Position numbers and translations under genes: made by a program
Assembly (NCBI GenBank): GCA_046718985.1
Contig: JBDNDT010000001.1
Location: 1 to 27,707, forward strand
Source of the DNA: Cytophagales bacterium
GTDB lineage: Bacteria; Bacteroidota; Bacteroidia; Cytophagales; UBA9547
Direction: 5' to 3'
Length of the DNA stretch: 27,707 nt
The notes under the pieces: generated by a model
Database searches by the model: none
The model's input: the letters and a program-made list of their open reading frames with translations, nothing else
Told to the model about the DNA's origin: nothing
Shown: piece by piece, positions 24,411 through 27,707 of the stretch
Position numbering within the stretch: position 1 is the first letter of the stretch
Layout of the letters: each line of letters starts with the position of its first letter

Positions 24411-25667
24411 TTATTCAATACCATACTTTTGGCTGTATTTCTTGAACAGTTGGGTGTGTTTGGTCTCTAAATCAACGTTCTTTCCTTCAATGAAAAGAAG
24501 TTCAACATTGTTGGTTTTGATGTCTAAAGCATCGCCTGAAGAAACAAAAAAACTTGCTTTTTTTCCAACTTCCAATGAACCCCAATCTTTTTCTAATCCT
24601 AAAATTTTGGCAACATTGAGGCTGATGAGACTTAATGCCTCTTCCTTAGTTAGGCCATATGCAGTGAGTGAGCCTGCGGTGAAGGGAAAGTTCCTGCAAC
24701 CCATCACTTCCATATCTCCCAGATAACTCAAGCCAACGGTTAAACCTTTTCGAATCATTTCCACACATAGACGATATGGATGATCAATTGCTTGATGTTG
24801 CATTGGTGGCAATGAATGTGTTCGCGTGAAAATCACGGGTGTTTGGGTCTCCAAAAGCATTGATATAGCTTTTTGAGAATTTTCTGCACCAACTATCACC
24901 TTCTTTTTGATGCCGTATTTTGTACAAAATCCTAAAGCTTCGATGATTTCAGAAGAATGGTCGGCATGTATGTACAAAGTTTGTGTCCCTTTTAACATGT
25001 TGATTAATGCTTCTAACTTTAAGTTTTTTGTAGAGTTTGAAGTTTTTGAATAAGTTATGGCATCAGTAAATAATTTATTTAAAATCTCGATTTGTTTGTT
25101 TCTGTTTTCATTGGCTTGAGAAGCTGCATCTTCCCACCATCCGAACGAGTTTAATATGGAGGGCCAAAACAAATGCATTCCATCATCTTTCAACACTGTT
25201 GCATCTTCCCAGTTCCAAGCTGAAAGCTTCATCACTGTAGATTGACCGGCAAGTAGCCCACCTCTAGGTATGATTTGAGCTAAACCTATGCCGTTTGCTC
25301 TGATTGTCGGAATGAGTTCAGAGTCTGTGTTGTAAGCAATTTGGGTTCTGGTGTTTGGGTTGAGTTGACCAACTTCATTAAAGTCTAAGGTAGCCCTCAC
25401 TGATTCTGTTTCTTTCAATCCAATCGTAGAAACAGGAAGTATAAAAGTTGGATAGATTTCTTTTCCTTGAACATTAATTACCTTGCAACCTAAAGTGTCG
25501 GGCATGTTTTGACCTAGATAGACAATTCTATCGTTTTCAAAAACCAAAAAACCACTTTCAATCTTGACTCCCGAGGCGGTGTGTATGTTCCCGCCCATAA
25601 GAATGGTTTTTTGACCAAACAGAATGGATTGGGTTAAGAAAAGAAATGAAACAAATAAAACTCTCAA
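24411..25667 (-). CDS. Amidohydrolase-superfamily (HutI-like fold) exported protein, canonical metal ligands apparently missing
   Basis: N-terminal GGNIHT...G.LVFENDRIVYLG...GKEIYP and C-terminal AKILGL...GSLEVGKKASFFV are amidohydrolase beta-sandwich motifs. The usual DxHxH is replaced by PTFILPVST. TTG start. Confidence 0.78.
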   Translation of the reverse strand: MRVLFVSFLFLTQSILFGQKTILMGGNIHTASGVKIESGFLVFENDRIVYLGQNMPDTLGCKVINVQGKEIYPTFILPVSTIGLKETESVRATLDFNEVGQLNPNTRTQIAYNTDSELIPTIRANGIGLAQIIPRGGLLAGQSTVMKLSAWNWEDATVLKDDGMHLFWPSILNSFGWWEDAASQANENRNKQIEILNKLFTDAITYSKTSNSTKNLKLEALINMLKGTQTLYIHADHSSEIIEALGFCTKYGIKKKVIVGAENSQKAISMLLETQTPVIFTRTHSLPPMQHQAIDHPYRLCVEMIRKGLTVGLSYLGDMEVMGCRNFPFTAGSLTAYGLTKEEALSLISLNVAKILGLEKDWGSLEVGKKASFFVSSGDALDIKTNNVELLFIEGKNVDLETKHTQLFKKYSQKYGIE

Positions 25668-25676
25668 ATTTTGAAA

Positions 25677-26315
25677 TCAATTGACCACTAAACCATTCAA
25701 CAATTCTTCTGCTGTTGATTTGAATTCATTGAAAGTGTTGGTATAAGTGTAAGAGATTAATTGTACACATCCATCAGAAGCGCTGTAATAATAGCTAAGA
25801 TAAGTGAAGTCCATGTTTTGAATTTCACAACGCATTTGCAACATCAACACTTTTACTCCATTCACGAATCTATACTCCTCATTGACAACTGTAACTGAGG
25901 TGGCCGCATTTTTAGCATTCGCAATCGCCACTTCTTTTAAGGATTCAATCCCTATGTCAATTTTCTCATTAATCATCATTGCAAACAGCATTTTATCCTT
26001 CAACTGAAAGTTGAACTCAGCATCTTTGCTGAATTTAGTTTTGTTGACATCCCATTTCTTGGAATCAATAAACAAACTGAATCCGTTCTTTTTACTTTTC
26101 AATTGTGTTGAAGCAACCGGAGATTTGAAGTATTTTTTTTCGCTCGTTGGGATAGGTTTAGCAACAGAAACTCCTTCTGATTCGTATTTCCAAGTTTTGT
26201 CGTCAAACAATAACACTTTTTTTCCGTCTGCAGTAGTAGCTTTGGTTTGTGACCAAACGGTTAACACCGAAAAAATGGCAATTACTAAAAAGACTATAGT
26301 TTTGTTGATTTTCAT
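25677..26315 (-). CDS. Exported hypothetical protein with DUF3157-like N-terminal motif
   Basis: Signal peptide; ATTADGKKVLLFDDKTWKY; beta-rich C-terminal domain; ATGA overlap with the upstream GAF gene. Confidence 0.65.
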   Translation of the reverse strand: MKINKTIVFLVIAIFSVLTVWSQTKATTADGKKVLLFDDKTWKYESEGVSVAKPIPTSEKKYFKSPVASTQLKSKKNGFSLFIDSKKWDVNKTKFSKDAEFNFQLKDKMLFAMMINEKIDIGIESLKEVAIANAKNAATSVTVVNEEYRFVNGVKVLMLQMRCEIQNMDFTYLSYYYSASDGCVQLISYTYTNTFNEFKSTAEELLNGLVVN

Positions 26316-27707
26316 TTGTTTTTAGATTCTAACTGTTTGATTTTATTTAATAGCTCCTGTTCTCTGACTTTGCATTGTTCCAAGTCCTTCATAATTGATG
26401 AGATTTGTTTTTCTGCAATTTCGGCTTCTTTTTTTCTCAACTCTTCCATTTCCTTTTTGCTTTTTTCAAGCTCTTCTGCAATGGCATGTGACTCTTCGAG
26501 GTTTTGTCTGATTTCTTCTTCTTGAGCCATGATTTGTTCGTTTTGTCTTTTCACTTCATCAAGAATGGCTTCAGTTTCTTTTTGAGCTAAGACCAATTCA
26601 GTGATTTCTTTTGAAATCAACACAATTGAAAGTATGTTCCCGGTTTCATCAGCCATAGGGTTTAGGTTGATGAGATAATATAATGTTTCACCATTCGGCA
26701 AAACTTCTTCATAATTGAACTCTGCTGGATTGCCTTTTAAAGTGTTGTTCAACAATTTAGTATAAGCTTCTTTTTTCTGCTCACCATCAATCAAATCAAC
26801 AATGTTCAATCCTAATTTTACTTTTCCGCCACCGCCGATTTTTGATTTTTCTGCGGCTTTGTTCATGTTGATGATTCTAAATTGTTTGTCTAGCACCAAA
26901 ATGGTATCTTTTGCAGCGTCAAGAATACCACTCAAATAGCTCTCCTTGGTTTGAACTTGTTTGAGCATTCTTTGCATCTCTTCTTGAGTGGCTTGCAATT
27001 CTTCCATGTTTTGCCTCATCTCTTCTTCTTGCGCTCTCATCTCCTCCGTCATCTGACGAGATTCGGCAAGCAAGCGTGAGGTTCTTTCTGAAACTTTAAC
27101 TGATGAAACAGTTGAAGCAATGCTTTCGCCTAACTTCTCTAGAAACTCAATTTGATATTTCTCGATAGGCTTGAAAGAAGCAATTTCAATCAATCCAAAA
27201 ACTTCTTCATTGATTTTCAACGGAACTATGGTCACACAGCCTGGTGTTGATTCGCCTAGGCCTGAGGTGATGTGTACATAATTTTGAGGAACATTGGTCA
27301 TGAAAACAGATTCTTTCTCCAGATAAGATTGTCCTAACAATCCTTCACCGATTTCGACCCTCTTTTCAATGAATTTTTTTCGGTCATATGCAAAGCATGC
27401 CATCAACTCTAAATGGACATCATTCGGATTGTTATCGTTCACAATGAACAGATACCCTTGATTAGCCCCTAAGTATTTAACGAGATTACTTGTTATTTTT
27501 TCACACAAAATGGAAAGTTCACTGTTGTCTGCTCTCAAGATGTCCACAAACTTTGCAAGACCTTGAGTCACCCAATTTCTTTCTCTCTCTTGCTCTGCCA
27601 ATCTTTTCATTTGGCTTCTCATGCTTAGCAAGCTCTCAGCCAGCAAATCTTGATTAGTGTTTGTGTCAACTGACTCATATTCAACATCAATATTTCCTTT
27701 AAAAGGA
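26312..27707 (-). CDS. GAF + PAS + coiled-coil sensor protein, 5' end beyond right window edge
   Basis: The frame stays open to the edge (PFKGNIDVEYES...DLLAESLLSMR, HAMP-like). GAF domain GANQGYLFIV...GEGLLGQ...VPLKINEEVFGLIEIAS; QEEEMRQNMEEL coiled coil; PAS domain ILDAAKDTILVLDKQFRIINMN. Confidence 0.88.
   Translation of the reverse strand, partial: PFKGNIDVEYESVDTNTNQDLLAESLLSMRSQMKRLAEQERERNWVTQGLAKFVDILRADNSELSILCEKITSNLVKYLGANQGYLFIVNDNNPNDVHLELMACFAYDRKKFIEKRVEIGEGLLGQSYLEKESVFMTNVPQNYVHITSGLGESTPGCVTIVPLKINEEVFGLIEIASFKPIEKYQIEFLEKLGESIASTVSSVKVSERTSRLLAESRQMTEEMRAQEEEMRQNMEELQATQEEMQRMLKQVQTKESYLSGILDAAKDTILVLDKQFRIINMNKAAEKSKIGGGGKVKLGLNIVDLIDGEQKKEAYTKLLNNTLKGNPAEFNYEEVLPNGETLYYLINLNPMADETGNILSIVLISKEITELVLAQKETEAILDEVKRQNEQIMAQEEEIRQNLEESHAIAEELEKSKKEMEELRKKEAEIAEKQISSIMKDLEQCKVREQELLNKIKQLESKNK

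Noticed and set aside
3421-26525. Numerous 60-106 aa ORF-track calls antisense to or nested within well-supported genes
   Set aside because: They overlap genes with clear family motifs and show no RBS, promoter or domain support; such shadows are expected.
1-27707. CRISPR arrays, tRNA/rRNA genes, IS elements, integrases, prophage or defence genes; horizontal-transfer boundary near 14.4 kb
   Set aside because: I saw no repeat-spacer arrays, structural RNA signatures, transposase motifs or flanking direct repeats. A codon-usage difference between the halves was only an impression and needs computation.

Overview
AT-rich Bacteroidota (probably Cytophagales) chromosomal window. I found no rRNA, tRNA, CRISPR array or mobile element. 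The left half (1-14336) looks like a co-regulated phosphonate/organophosphorus utilisation locus. Its cytoplasmic core is a PhnX-like HAD phosphonatase, a DUF5690 MFS-like permease with a GlpT/UhpT-like Y-x-x-R-K-x-F motif, a TIGR03364-type FAD oxidoreductase and an XRE-cupin regulator. Its envelope arm is a TonB-dependent receptor with no SusD partner, a small His/Cys-rich exported protein, a T9SS-secreted alkaline-phosphatase-superfamily enzyme and two LamG-type proteins. One of these is a >1050-aa LamG/FN3 ORF that the ORF track missed because it runs off the left edge. Three promoters in the locus share a TTAAC-N5-GTTAA / 11-bp-periodic TTAACA motif, and two have it at identical spacing from the Bacteroidota -7 element. 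The right half holds a three-gene outer-membrane module, an exbB-exbD-exbD-tonB operon, a glycosyltransferase-SPOR-M20 operon and an edge-truncated GAF/PAS sensor operon. Family names come from motif recognition, not database searches.
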